Positions 1 to 11,200 of a stretch of DNA of 20,000 nt are shown in pieces. The DNA comes from Sarea resinae (lineage: Eukaryota). The position numbers were made by a program, and so were the translations under genes. Each line of letters begins with the position of its first letter. Within the stretch, counting starts at the first letter, position 1. A model generated the notes under the pieces. It made no database searches. It saw nothing but the letters and a program-made list of their open reading frames with translations, and was not told the origin of the DNA. Location of the stretch: positions 359,433-379,432 of the forward strand of contig JAPEUD010000017.1 in assembly GCA_026026165.1 (NCBI GenBank). The letters are read 5' to 3'.

Positions 1-853
1 TTTTCATTCCTAAAGACACAGACACTATCATCGAATTTTTCTTTCATGATGAACTATATCTTTCTCTGAACTCGTGACGAATGTTCTGTTGAGACTTGTT
101 CAATGATTTAGACGAGATATCGGTCAGTCCTGCCCTGTCTTCGTCGAACGTCTTTAGAAGCTATGCTATGACTGCTATAGCTAATCCGCTGTTCTAATCT
201 AGATTTGAAGACACGCAGCTGACTACATATCTCAGTAGAACGCATTCTATGAATTCATTAGGTTCTCCCGGGTCTGGGACTGGTTCTGGAGGCAGCTCGA
301 CAGAATGCCATGGACCGAGAAAAGACAAAGATAGGGTCAATCTTAGAGCAACCACTATTGAGAATGGACAGCCTAAAGCGGAATTGGAACTTCGTTATGC
401 TCATCAGTCATTATTGTTATTAGATCGACTTGATGCCGCTGAGATGATGCAAGGAACAACTAGAAAAGAAATCAAGTAAAACATCAAGCAGAAGATCAGA
501 TAGGACAATTTCAAACATCTCCGCAGGTAGAACGCAGCAAAAGCCCGAAATTCAGAACGCAACGTACAGACAACAAAAAGAACGTGTTTTTTTGGGGGGT
601 ATGTAAGAAGATAGTGATGTAGCAGATGCAGCAATCGAGCAAAAGAAGTAAGCAAGGTAAGGCTCCGGCTAGTAGATCAATTTATAGGTGAAGAAATCAG
701 GAGATTTTGGGGATAACTTGATATGAGATGCAGTCGATGTTCGAGAACTGGAGGGCAAGGTAAGGGATATTGTTCGAGTGGCGGTTAAGGCATATTGGAT
801 CCGAATGGTTAATGATAGAAGAGAGCCTCCGCTCAGCTCTCTACCGTGAGAAC

Positions 854-3016
854 TTAGAGATAGCTGTTATCATGCCGTTCGCATTCGTTCTTTTCCTCCA
901 TGCCGCGGGCATTGAGCTGTAAGCGGCGGGTATAATGTAGGATCTTGTGGACGATGTAGGCGAGGATAGGCAGTCCGATGGCAATGGCCGCTATCTTTGG
1001 CATTGAGTCTCGAAGCTGGTCTCGAGAGAGAGACAGTGCGAGTGATGTGCTAGACGATCCGATCCCCGAGTGTACGTAATTGAGCAAATCCGGTAGTCTT
1101 AGAGAATAGGCAGCAAAAAAGGCTCCTTTTGATGTTAGGGCTGGGATACGGGTTGGAGAGGACGAACGTACCGGTAATAATAGCCACGTAGCCGGCCGCT
1201 TTTCTACTGGTCATACAGACGCCCACCAAGAGGACGACAAGCCAGCTCCACCTCCCCGCTACGCTGCCGAAGCTACCCAGTAGACTGAGGGACTTAAGCT
1301 TCGTTGCCGTCTCCTCGATTGTCTCTTGAAGATTCGCTGCTTTGGTCATGACCTGTGTGATGAGCGTCTCGGCGATACGAATATCCGTTTGAAGAGAATC
1401 GTGTAGACGGGATTGGAGCTCGGCTTGATGTAGTTGGGCGGCTGAGATGATTGCGGCACGTTCTTCGATATTGCTAAACGTGAGATCGAGGTTTTCTAGG
1501 CGCTGTGAGGTGATTGTGTTAATGAAATAGGCCATATTTCCTGGGCATTGCCCACCTTATCCAACAAATCCTGTCGTGAATGCAGGAAGCCCACTAGTTC
1601 GTTGGTCAATTGCTGGTATCTTATTAGCAAAGCTTTCAATTAGACGTGGAAAAGGTGCAGATACTAGCTTGCTATGGAGGCTCCCAAATGCCTTCAAAAG
1701 GCCTTGCATATCTCGACCTCGCATGGTTTCCAGAGAGGTCTGAACCTCTAAGACCAGATCGATTTCATCTTGCCGGGCTTTCTGTTGGCTAGTTGTCACA
1801 TCCACACTGCTCCGTAAGATCTCCTGAAAAGCCTGATTCAGGGCCTCGCGAATGCCATCTACCTTGTCGGCAGACTGGTTGATGTTCTGCTCAAATGCTT
1901 TCAATCAGCCATATCCTCGTCACCTAAATGACCATCCTTACCTCGTTCAAAGCGCCGAGATTGGCCTTCGCAATTTCACCTGCTGTCGAAAGCTGTACCG
2001 TCATTGACTGAAGAGCTGCTCCAAAGTCCCGGAAAATATGATCGAAGTAGCTACGAGTCCTGCTATTAAGAGACTCTAAAGTATGTAGTAGTCTTGTTTG
2101 AAGAGTATTGACCGCTTCAGCAAAATTTCTCTGCTTTTGAAGTTGCCGATTGGAGTTATTGACAGCATCTGCGAGGGCGGCACTCGCATTAGAGGCTACT
2201 CCAGCCATGGACTTGTGTAATTCGATCAGTTCATCTTGTTGTTTCTTGTTAGTACGATGGAATTTGGCAGACTCAATTTCTTACCTTTTTCAACCCCAGT
2301 CCTCGCAGCCTGACACATGACAACGGCATTTTGTCTTGCATTGCTGTAACTGGTCCACCATTGTGGTCGAGACTCCAAGCTTTTGAGACACTGACGCAGA
2401 TGTTTGTCATCGACGAGAGGATAAGGTACAATTTCACCACCAGTTGTTGTCAATGGACTGCCACCACCTGAGAAAAATCCGAACTTAGGCTTAGCCTTAG
2501 ATTGGTGTGGAGGAATCATTGGTGAGCAGTTCGGCGGAACAGCTGTACCTGCTCCAAGGAGCTCACACACCGCAAGTCTTGCTGCATAAGTGGACTTGAT
2601 CTCATCCAAGGTAGCTTCTGAACCCGAAACCAAAGGGCCCTCGTTTGGGGCCGAGCCCTCCAGAGACTGGCATGAGGTTAGAAGCGTAGCCGTAGCACGG
2701 CTGTAGCACGACGAAGCGCTCTTCATTGAATCCAGAAGCTTCATCGCCGCTCCAAAGACCTCGGGCTGATGAGCATCTGAGGCTTGAATCAAAGACATTA
2801 GAGCTGCAGTGCCACGGCCATTAGCTTCTTGGCTGGCGCCGGATACGAGATCTAGTTGAACGTGATGTGAGAATTTGAAACATCAGCACTCTCAGTAAAG
2901 GGCTCTATATGCTTACTCTCCGCATTATGTTGCATCTTCAAGCCCATGGATAGATGGGCCAGGAGAAGTGACAATAGCACTTGAAGAAGAACATGGTGTC
3001 TGATGATGGCCATCAT
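854..3016 (-). CDS. KAR5: Nuclear membrane fusion (karyogamy) protein, Kar5/Tht1/Gex1/Brambleberry family; join(complement 3016..2917, 2803..2285, 2234..1942, 1886..1665, 1612..1556, 1502..1172, 1125..854), 597 aa
   Basis: N-terminal signal peptide (MMAIIRHHVLLQVLLSLLLAHLSMG). Cys-rich domain typical of fungal Kar5 (SSCYSRATATLLTSC...YAARLAVCEL...CLKSLESRPQWWTSYSNARQNAVVMCQAAR), then a long coiled-coil-like region and C-terminal hydrophobic segments. Six GT-AG introns (113, 50, 55, 52, 53, 46 nt) with branch-like motifs join five of the supplied ORFs in frame (1794 nt in total). Confidence 0.88.
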
Positions 3017-3577
3017 GGGTAAATTCGAGCAGATGCAAAGCGGTTTGAAAAGCAGATAAAGTCAAAAGAGCAGGAATCAAATCAATAGACTGTCAAAGGC
3101 TGAAGAGGTTTATAAACGGGGCTAATGGGAAGGGAAATCATCAGGTTCGTCAGAATGCCGAAGAATAAAAAGGCCAAGAACAAGGAGGACAGATTCAATT
3201 GACGGTGGTACATGTGAGTCACGGAATAGACTGCTCGGCGACATTTGTATGAAGTTGAGCACCAGTCCTGTAGGGGCCAACACTGTCGCGGACGTCGCTC
3301 CTAAAGAAGGACAAATACAGCAGCAGACATAGCTCAAGAAGCCGAGTCCAGTTCTCATATTGGCAGATACGATTCAGGCATATGTAAACTCAATTGCTGT
3401 TATTTCCTAAGACATTTCAGGAGGATCATCTCACTCAATGGTAAATCTGGAAGACAACTTCGGGTGGACTGTGACAATTAGCAATCATCGTTGTGTTTGT
3501 GGTTGTCCTTATTTGAGACGGGAGGACGCGGCTATTTGTTAAGCGCCATATCAGACGGGGTAGTTTTCAAGCGCGCA

Positions 3578-3585
3578 GTCACGTG
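3578..3585. promoter_or_regulatory. GTCACGTG E-box (Cbf1/CDEI-type bHLH site) upstream of MRPL6
   Basis: Exact GTCACGTG about 90 nt upstream of the MRPL6 ATG, in the divergent KAR5/MRPL6 intergenic region. Function is inferred. Confidence 0.45.
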
Positions 3586-3672
3586 CAGTCGGCAGAGCTC
3601 TCTTGACGAACTCTCGATGCTTGAGATTACGCTTTGCAACACAGTTCTTTTGCATCCACCCAGCCCTTTACA

Positions 3673-4551
3673 ATGTTTACCGTGGGCCGCCGCCGGTGCC
3701 TCCAGGAGGCTACAGCATTGGCATCGTCTTCGACAAGACTGCCCGGTTTTCTCGTCCCTGCCTTTGAAACGGCGCCTGCACAGCGGCCCTTTTCTTCTTC
3801 GTCGCCATGCGCATCGCAGGTCGGAAAGGCGCCCCTGTCATTACCACCAGAGGTAACGATGCGTCTGCTGGACCCCCCTTCGTCGAAGAATCAGGGTCGA
3901 GTTTCTCGGTCCGAACCGAGCTCTACGGTAGAAATTGAGGGCCCATTGGGTATACCACACTCTCCTATTACATATCTCGCAATATCAGAACTGACCTTGA
4001 CCTCTAGGCAAGATGTCTCTGAAAATACCTCCGTTCCTCTCGATAGAGCAGGATGCGGAATCTAGAAGAGCGCTGTTAAAGGTTCAAGATCCAGAGATAC
4101 GGCATCAGCGGGAGATGTGGGGTAGGCTTCGCCTCCAAGGTCGTTCGAATCGGAGTCTTTGCTAACTAGATCACCAGGTACAACTCGGGCATATCTACAA
4201 AATCATATACTTGGCGTTTCAGAAGGACATACTGCTATTCTACGTTTGGTCGGAGTGGGCTATCGAGCTACCGTCGAGCCTTCCGCTGTCACACTGTCCC
4301 CCGAGTATCCCGGCCAGCAATTTGTCTCGCTCAAGGTGGGGTTCTCTCACCCAGTCGAACTGGGAGTACCCCTGGGAGTTAAAGCTAGCACGCCTCAGCC
4401 AACTCGAATTCTCCTCGAGGGAGTAGAGAAGGAAGTGGTCAATCAATTTGCAGCAAAGATCAGGATGTGGAGGAAACCAGAGCCATACAAAGGGAAAGGG
4501 ATATTTGTTAACGGGGAGACCATAAAGCTGAAGGCAAAGAAAATCAAATAG
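3673..4551 (+). CDS. MRPL6: Mitochondrial large-subunit ribosomal protein uL6m; join(3673..3949, 4008..4121, 4178..4551)
   Basis: Arg/Ser-rich presequence (MFTVGRRRCL...RPFSSSSPCASQVGKAPL). L6 motifs: VEIEGPLGKMSL, REMWGTTRAYLQNHILGVSEGH, LRLVGVGYRA, WRKPEPYKGKGIF. Introns 3950..4007 (GTATAC..CTGAC..TAG) and 4122..4177 (GTAGGC..GCTAAC..CAG) keep the frame. Confidence 0.96.
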
Positions 4552-4647
4552 GCAATTGAAGACAGGGAAGCTTTTGTATTTTTATGTACCTAAGGTTGGA
4601 AGACGGGCATCGAGTCTATGGTTTTCAATAAAGACCCCATTAACGCT

Positions 4648-5886
4648 TCACTTGCTTCCAAGAACTGATTTGACCACTTCGAGTACCTGCTCATGTACAG
4701 CCTTCGGAGCTGCTACAACTCCCTTGTTCTTGGCCAATGTCCTCCCTTGACTGAAATCTAGCCTGTTGCCTTCAGCATCGGTGACCTGACCTCCAGCTTC
4801 ACGCACGATCAGGTCTCCTGCAGCATGATCCCAAATCTTCTCCTGGTAATTTTTTGTAACCGGGAGACGTAGATATAGATCTCCCGCACCCCTGGCAATT
4901 GATCCATATTTGGCCTGTGAGTCCATGCGGACGCTCGGCTTAGTTATGCCCAGCCGCTTGGCAATGGCGGATTGGTCTCCATGGGAAGAATGGCCTGCTT
5001 CAACGCTCTCGCAAAAGGTTGCATGACTGATATCCGCCACAGCCTTCATCTGGATCGGTTGGCCAGATTGCAGAGACCCTCGACTGAGAGGTCGGCTAGT
5101 GGCACCTTGGCCCTCAACAGCACTGAAGATGACTCCCTTGCCCTCTTCGTCGGTTTGGGATTCCCCAGCATCCGCCGAGAGCGGTATAGAGTCATCCACT
5201 GGAAGGTTGGGACACCCAAGAACGCCCACTTTGACATCCCCGTCGACAATCAGCGCGAGACAGACAGCGTATTGCCCGCCCCGGAGGAAGCCCTTGGTCC
5301 CGTCTATGGGGTCCAACGCCCATATCCTTCCCTTTGGTCCACCAGCACTATTACCCGCATCGATCGCATCGAGCATCTCCTCCACACTTTTGACAGGACC
5401 CCCGAGCGTAGTCTCGGCCGCGCTGTCTTCGAGCCTTGCTTCCTTGACCAAGCCCCATATTTGCGACGTCAGGCTTTCATTCTCCCTCAGAGTACTTGCT
5501 TCCTCCTCGCCGACGATCTCATCTTGGGGGAAATTTTTGCGAATAGCCTGAATGATGAGAGCCTGCGCTCCAAAGTCGCCTATAGTGACAGGGGATTTGT
5601 CATCTTTAGATGCGGTACCCTTGGCCTTTTCATGAAACACCTGCTTGGTGAGGAGTGTTGCTCGTTGGACAGCCAGCACAGCAACCTGTAACTCCTTCTC
5701 GTAAGATTTGGCCACCATGGCGGTTGAGTAAAGACGACTAAATGTAGGCTGGACGTGTCGAGAGAGAAGCGAAAGACGGGGTGAGAAGACGAGAACAGCG
5801 CTGAATGCCAGGATTACAGCAGATATGAAGACGAAAGACTTATGTGTATAGAAACTGTGCCATTGGGTAGATTGCTTCGTTTTCAT
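4648..5886 (-). CDS. MET22: 3'(2'),5'-bisphosphate nucleotidase (PAP phosphatase, Met22/Hal2), single exon; conserved core probably starts at the second ATG (5718)
   Basis: Inositol monophosphatase-family and Hal2 motifs: KDDKSPVTIGDFGAQA, IVGEE, WALDPIDGTKGFLRGGQYAVCLAL, GVLGCPNLP, CESVEAGHSSH, RMDSQAKY, YQEKIWDHAAG. Confidence 0.96.
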   Translation of the reverse strand: MKTKQSTQWHSFYTHKSFVFISAVILAFSAVLVFSPRLSLLSRHVQPTFSRLYSTAMVAKSYEKELQVAVLAVQRATLLTKQVFHEKAKGTASKDDKSPVTIGDFGAQALIIQAIRKNFPQDEIVGEEEASTLRENESLTSQIWGLVKEARLEDSAAETTLGGPVKSVEEMLDAIDAGNSAGGPKGRIWALDPIDGTKGFLRGGQYAVCLALIVDGDVKVGVLGCPNLPVDDSIPLSADAGESQTDEEGKGVIFSAVEGQGATSRPLSRGSLQSGQPIQMKAVADISHATFCESVEAGHSSHGDQSAIAKRLGITKPSVRMDSQAKYGSIARGAGDLYLRLPVTKNYQEKIWDHAAGDLIVREAGGQVTDAEGNRLDFSQGRTLAKNKGVVAAPKAVHEQVLEVVKSVLGSK

Positions 5887-6208
5887 GAGTCTGTCTTGTC
5901 ACGTAGGAATATGGCAGCTCCAGAGTGGAGGAGTGGGGACTGACTGATAGCCTGGAGGAGTACGAAGACGGAGTACGTACTCCGCGGGCCCTGATCGACG
6001 TTATCTTAGCGCCGCAAAGTTCCGCAGCAGTGAATGTACAGAGTATTCATGGATGCATGCTTCGTACGGGCGGGCATACAGAAATGCATCCCATTACTGT
6101 TGGTGACTTGCTGGACAGCGCCAGAACTTGATTGCATCAAGAGCTCAACCCAAGACGAGATCTCGACAGGAAGTTCGATTGTTTCCAGTCGGTCACCGTC
6201 AGATCATC

Positions 6209-7782
6209 ATGGCGCATTCACTTCATTCAACGAAACGGAAGTTCCATAAACTGCTCGACTCCCTCACCAATAACAACAACTCCTCTACCAGTCTCCCGTC
6301 GAGCAGCCGGGCCAAAAATGCTTCTTCTGTCACTCTTCCTTCTCAATCGGAGCCTCACACCAAGAAACAACGTGTAAGTCGGCCGACTTCATCTGGACAA
6401 ACTTCATCGTCGTTACGTGGACATGCGGACAGTAATATCAGTGATTCTCGTCGAAGCAGCGATCGGCCAATGGTCGACAGAGAGAGGCCATCGCATTTTG
6501 CGCCTCTCGATCGCCGGCAATTCTTGGAGCGTCTGAAGACTTTTCGGTATGTTGACAAATGGTCTTCAAAACCCGAAGCGGTGAATGAAGTCCAATGGGC
6601 AAAAAGAGGGTGGATTTGTGTTGGCAAGGAGAGAGTGGGCTGTGTTGGTGGTTGTGGCCGGGAGGTGGTTGTCAAGCTCGAAAGACAGGAGAAACAGCCA
6701 GAAGAATCAACAGAAACGGAAGGAGCTGATTCAGATGATTGGGATACGGCAGTTGGTAAGGGGCTTGAATGGCATTTTATTGAGGGCACACTAACGGATG
6801 TAAGATGAAGAGTTGACAGAGCGCTACGCTCAAATGATCATCAGTGGACATGATGTGTACTGCCTCTGGCGGAAACGTGGATGTGACGGTCAGAAAAATC
6901 CTTGAGTTGGTGTCACGCTCTTTCTCAGGCTAATTATGTATCGCAGATTCTATCTACCGTCTGTCCTTTGCCAACACATCCCACGCAGTTGCGGAACTAC
7001 GCAAGCGGTACGAGTCCTTGGCAGCTATACAATCCGAAATGCCTACAACAGTATCAACTCCTTCCGAGTTTGATATCGCATCTGTATCACAGCTCCTCTC
7101 TGCTGATTTTTTCGGGGCGGCTGTGGACTCTTTGCAGTCGCACGATCCCAATCCTCAAGCAATGAGCTTAGCATTATTTGGTTGGCAAAGCGAAGCTGGC
7201 CATGTCAAAGGCCTGATCACATGTGATGCGTGCTTTCGAAGGTTGGGTTTATGGCTCTTCAAAGCAAAGAAGAGCTCGTCTACGAGCATAGCATCTGAAG
7301 AGGATGGTGATGCTGCCGCCATGAGCCGATTGGATGCCGTTGATGAACATCGTTACTATTGCCCGTGGATAAACGCGACAACCCAGAACGGTAGTATGCA
7401 GTCGCGGAGGGCCGATACTTCGATCCCATATCTCGCTGGTTGGAAATTACTGCTACGGGCCTTGAAGATCCCTCCACACCTTCACTCCGATTACATTGAT
7501 CCCTCTGCTCTGTCTTCGGAGCCCGAAACACCGAGGCCCGACACAGCGAGCGATGCCGTCAGTACTGTCAGCACAGTCGGCACCCTGCAAACCGAAAGTA
7601 GGACTCTCCGAGATGCGAAGGACAAGGAGCGATGGGCTAAGGTGAAAAAGCTTCAGAGATCGTTTAATCTGAAGCTGAAAAAGACGCCGAAGGTGAAAAG
7701 AGGCGACAAGGAAGGTGACGTGTTGTCCGAAAAGCACGCACCTGAGCCCAATAGAGAACCTGCAATTCATTCTGCCAGCTGA
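6209..7782 (+). CDS. zf-C3HC / Rsm1-domain protein (S. pombe Rsm1, Pml39, NIPA/ZC3HC1-like nuclear basket protein); join(6209..6755, 6805..6888, 6947..7782)
   Basis: N-terminal TKRKFHKLLDSL. First module FLERLKTF...WAKRGWICVGKERVGCVGGC...GHDVYCLWRKRGCD; second module LALFGWQ...ITCDACFRRLGLWLF...EHRYYCPWIN. Introns 6756..6804 (GTAAGG..CTAAC..AAG) and 6889..6946 (GTCAGA..GCTAAT..CAG) restore the frame. Confidence 0.88.
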
Positions 7783-8041
7783 TGTTCGGCTGTTGGATAT
7801 TCTGCCAGGTCTGTTTTAAACGCGAAGCCGATGCTGTTGCGAGAGGTTTCATCTGGTCATGGGGGATTTTTCTTCAGTATCGCATGCGTGATACCCACTC
7901 AGTTTAGCTAGCTTTATAGATCTACGACTCTAGATATCCCCTAGCAGGCTGCAGCATAAGGTAAACATCAAACGCTACGGATCATTTAGAGAGTAGCAAT
8001 ATAAAATGTGTAAGCCGTCTTGAGTGGACCGTCTATGTTTG

Positions 8042-8056
8042 GTTGCCTCTGGCAAC
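8042..8056. promoter_or_regulatory. RFX-family X-box (GTTGCC-TCT-GGCAAC) upstream of the SNF2 ATPase
   Basis: Perfect 6-bp inverted half-sites matching GTNRCC(N0-3)RGYAAC, 235 nt upstream of ATG 8291. Confidence 0.5.
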
Positions 8057-8290
8057 GCCACCACCCGTGAACGTCGTTACTCCGTACATCTGGACGCCGG
8101 TCCGTAAACGACAGTCGCGATAGCAATCAGCCATCATTTCTACTACGACTGGGCCTTGGACCTCTCAGCTCGATAAAAATCATCCACCAGCTAACCCTCA
8201 AAGGTACGTGATATCCATCCTTCTTGATGCTGTTCTATTCAGAAAAAGTCCTTCTCCTGTTCTAAGCTTGCTTGCATCTTGCTTATCAGC

Positions 8291-11200
8291 ATGGACAACA
8301 CTCAGTCTAGGTCCGGATTTCGCGAACGTGCGAAGAAACCACTGCGCCCCCGCAACACACTGCGATCGCATCAACCTCCAACTTTCACAGCGCAGATACC
8401 CTCCTCGCCGTCTGATAAATCCCGAAGTGACTTCAGCTTATCACCATATTCGAGTCCAGAGTCTGCTTTTACGTGCAGTACCGCGACTCGCAGCAATCGC
8501 CTCTATCCGCAGCTCAACACATCCCCAGAACTGCCATCACCACCCACTTTCGCTCCTCAGCAAATATTTCAGCCATCTGAGCTTGGTGATTCGAGTTCTC
8601 TTTTTTCAACTTCTAGCCCGGAGAGTCACTGGTCCGCCCTCGGCAAAGAAACGCAATCAGCTGGTTTCAAGAAACATCCAGAATTTGATTTTACATTCAC
8701 CGCAGAGCAGAGCCCAAATCCACGATCTGCTCATGGTAGCACACACTCACGTTTATTAAATAAAGCCGCCAACCCTGAAGGCCAAGGTAGTTCGCAAGGC
8801 AGCAAAAGGCAGGAGAAGACCGTCTTCACCTTATCAGACGACCGGTCAAGCTCCCGTTCCGGAATACTCACCGATCAGGCCATCAACAGTAACGGCAAAG
8901 AAAAGCTGGTTTCCAACTTTGCCAAACCCAGATCTGACGTACCCCTGTTCTTTTGGCAGTCGTATGAGCCCTTCGAACGAGGTCTCTCATCGCATCTGAT
9001 ACCGGAGAGGAACCACTTTCGTAGCACAAGTACAATGGTCACAGAACGAGAGCCCCCAAAGGCTCCTCTTACCCCACATAAGCTAAACCAGCAGCCACAA
9101 CGAACCCTTGAGCCAGAGTTCGGCAAAGCCAGTCCGCTACGGAATCCCTTGCAATCGAATGTATTCAACATCCCCAAACCTCGCCAGGTACGACCGGAAC
9201 ATCATCGGCCACTTGCTCCTCCCAGCCAATTGTCCAATGATCAGCAGGTCCGCCCGGGGGGAGCAGTCTCTAACCAAGCACTGAAACGGCCGCAAGATCC
9301 TGATTTTTGGGAAATTCCCAGGCCTGCGAACGTTCCCGCTCCAACCACAAAACCTGTGGCGCAGCCCACCTTTTCTTCCCTACCAGGGCAGAATCGTGGC
9401 TTTGCTCCCGTAAATCCATCAGGTAGAGCTACTAACATTATCGACCTCACAAAACCCATTAGCAGATATGATCCGGATGATGTTTTGTTCGATAAGAGCT
9501 TTGGAGCTAGCGATCCTTTCGCCTACGTAGATACTACGAAAGCGAATGAGAATATCAAGGCTCTACTCGAAGGTGCTTTTGACGATGAGGATGATAAACC
9601 TAGGACTCGAAGTCAGAAGAAAAAGCGGGATGCCGCGGCAGACTTGCTTGCGGATAAGCTTGAGGGTCTAAGTGTCGCACCAGGCGCCACTGAAGGTGTG
9701 GACGAAGAAGATGAAGAGGAAGATGATGGAACAGTGGAAGGCCTAAGTGTCAAACTTTTGCCTCATCAAGTTGATGGTGTCGCCTGGATGAAAGATAAAG
9801 AAATAGGAACGAAGAAAAAAAATGGAGTATTGCCAAGGGGTGGTATTCTCGCCGACGATGTATGCTTGCAACGATCAGGTAGCACCTTCTGAGTACTGAC
9901 AAAACATAGATGGGCCTCGGAAAAACCCTCCAATCTATTTCCCTGATCCTCACGAACCCTCTACCGTCGCCATTTGCCAACAAGGGCGACGAGAAGCGAA
10001 AATTTCCAACAGGAGTAGAAAAGTGTACTCTAGTCGTTGCTCCACTAGCGCTGATCAAGCAGTGGGAGGACGAGCTCAACAAACGCGTGCTGAGCTCCCA
10101 TAAGCTCCGTGTCTGCGTACACCATGGTCCCCAGCGAACGAAACGTTTCCAGGATCTGAAACGCTATGACGTTGTCATCACTACTTATCAAATTCTGGTC
10201 TCTGAATACGGGAATTCCTCCGATCATCCTGACGGATTGAAAACTGGTTGTTTTGGGCTTCACTGGTATCGGGTCATCCTTGATGAAGCCCATACTATCA
10301 AGAACCGAAACGCCAAAGCTACTCAAGCTTGTTATGCACTTAAAGCGGAGTACCGTTGGTGTCTCACGGGAACACCGATGCAAAACAATCTCGACGAGCT
10401 TCAGAGCTTGATCAAGTTTTTGAGGATCAAACCTTACAATGACCTCGCTATCTGGAAAGAGCAGATTACTAGGCCATTGAACAATGGTAGAGGCGGCGTG
10501 GCAATTAAGCGCCTACAGTACATCCTGAAGGCTTTCATGAAGCGTCGTACCAAAGCCATTTTGCTAGAGGAAGGAGCTCTGAATCCCGGAGGAAAGCCTA
10601 CCGCTGAAGGGGAAAGCAATACAGGGTTCAAAATCACCAAGCGGCAAGTTGAAGAGGTGGTGACTGAGTTTACTCCGAGTGAACGTCAATTCTACGACCG
10701 CCTAGAACAGCGTACAGACCGAAGCCTTGAACAGATGATGGGTGGAGAAAAATTGAACTATGCCAGTGCTTTAGTGCTCTTACTTCGTCTTCGCCAGGCA
10801 TGCAATCATCCTCAACTTGTCGGTGGTAATCTTTCTAAGGACCGCGACGCGCTTGCCACCAGCGGCAGCAACGATTGTCGAACTCCGCGGAAGCCTAAGC
10901 CTCTCGAGGGAAAAGCGGTAGATGATATTGCTGACATGCTTGGAGGATTGAGTGTCGTTGCAAAAAAATGCGACGTCTGCCAAATCGAGCTAGAAAAGGA
11001 GGAAGTCTCTAATGGGGCTATAAGATGTTCTGAATGCGAAGACGACCTCTTGGTGCAGACAAAACCGAAGGAGAAGAAGAAGAAGCATCGAAAAGCTGCG
11101 GAATATGATCCTCGAGAAAGTGACCAAGCTTCACGTATCAGAAAGCATCGGCCGAGGGTGCTGGATAGTGATGATGAAGAAGAAGAAGCAGGCGAATGGA

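Noticed and set aside
1..853. Short ORFs (249..479, 404..655) and a somewhat TA-rich stretch
   Set aside because: No motifs, splice-supported model, terminal repeats or transposase remnants; treated as KAR5 3' flank or intergenic DNA.
2876..2882. TGAAACA (Ste12 pheromone response element) in KAR5 intron 1
   Set aside because: Single 7-mer, expected by chance; another copy lies inside the MET22 CDS.
4972..5691. 239-aa and 150-aa ORFs antisense to MET22
   Set aside because: Fully overlap a well-conserved gene and show no protein-family signature.
1126..6804. Three introns with AAG acceptors and GTATC(C/T)-type donors
   Set aside because: AAG is an accepted minor fungal acceptor; no full U12 signature (RTATCCTT with TCCTTAAC), so not minor-spliceosome introns.
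8208..8759. 183-aa alternative-frame ORF over the start of the SNF2 gene
   Set aside because: Non-ATG start, overlaps low-complexity coding sequence, no motif.
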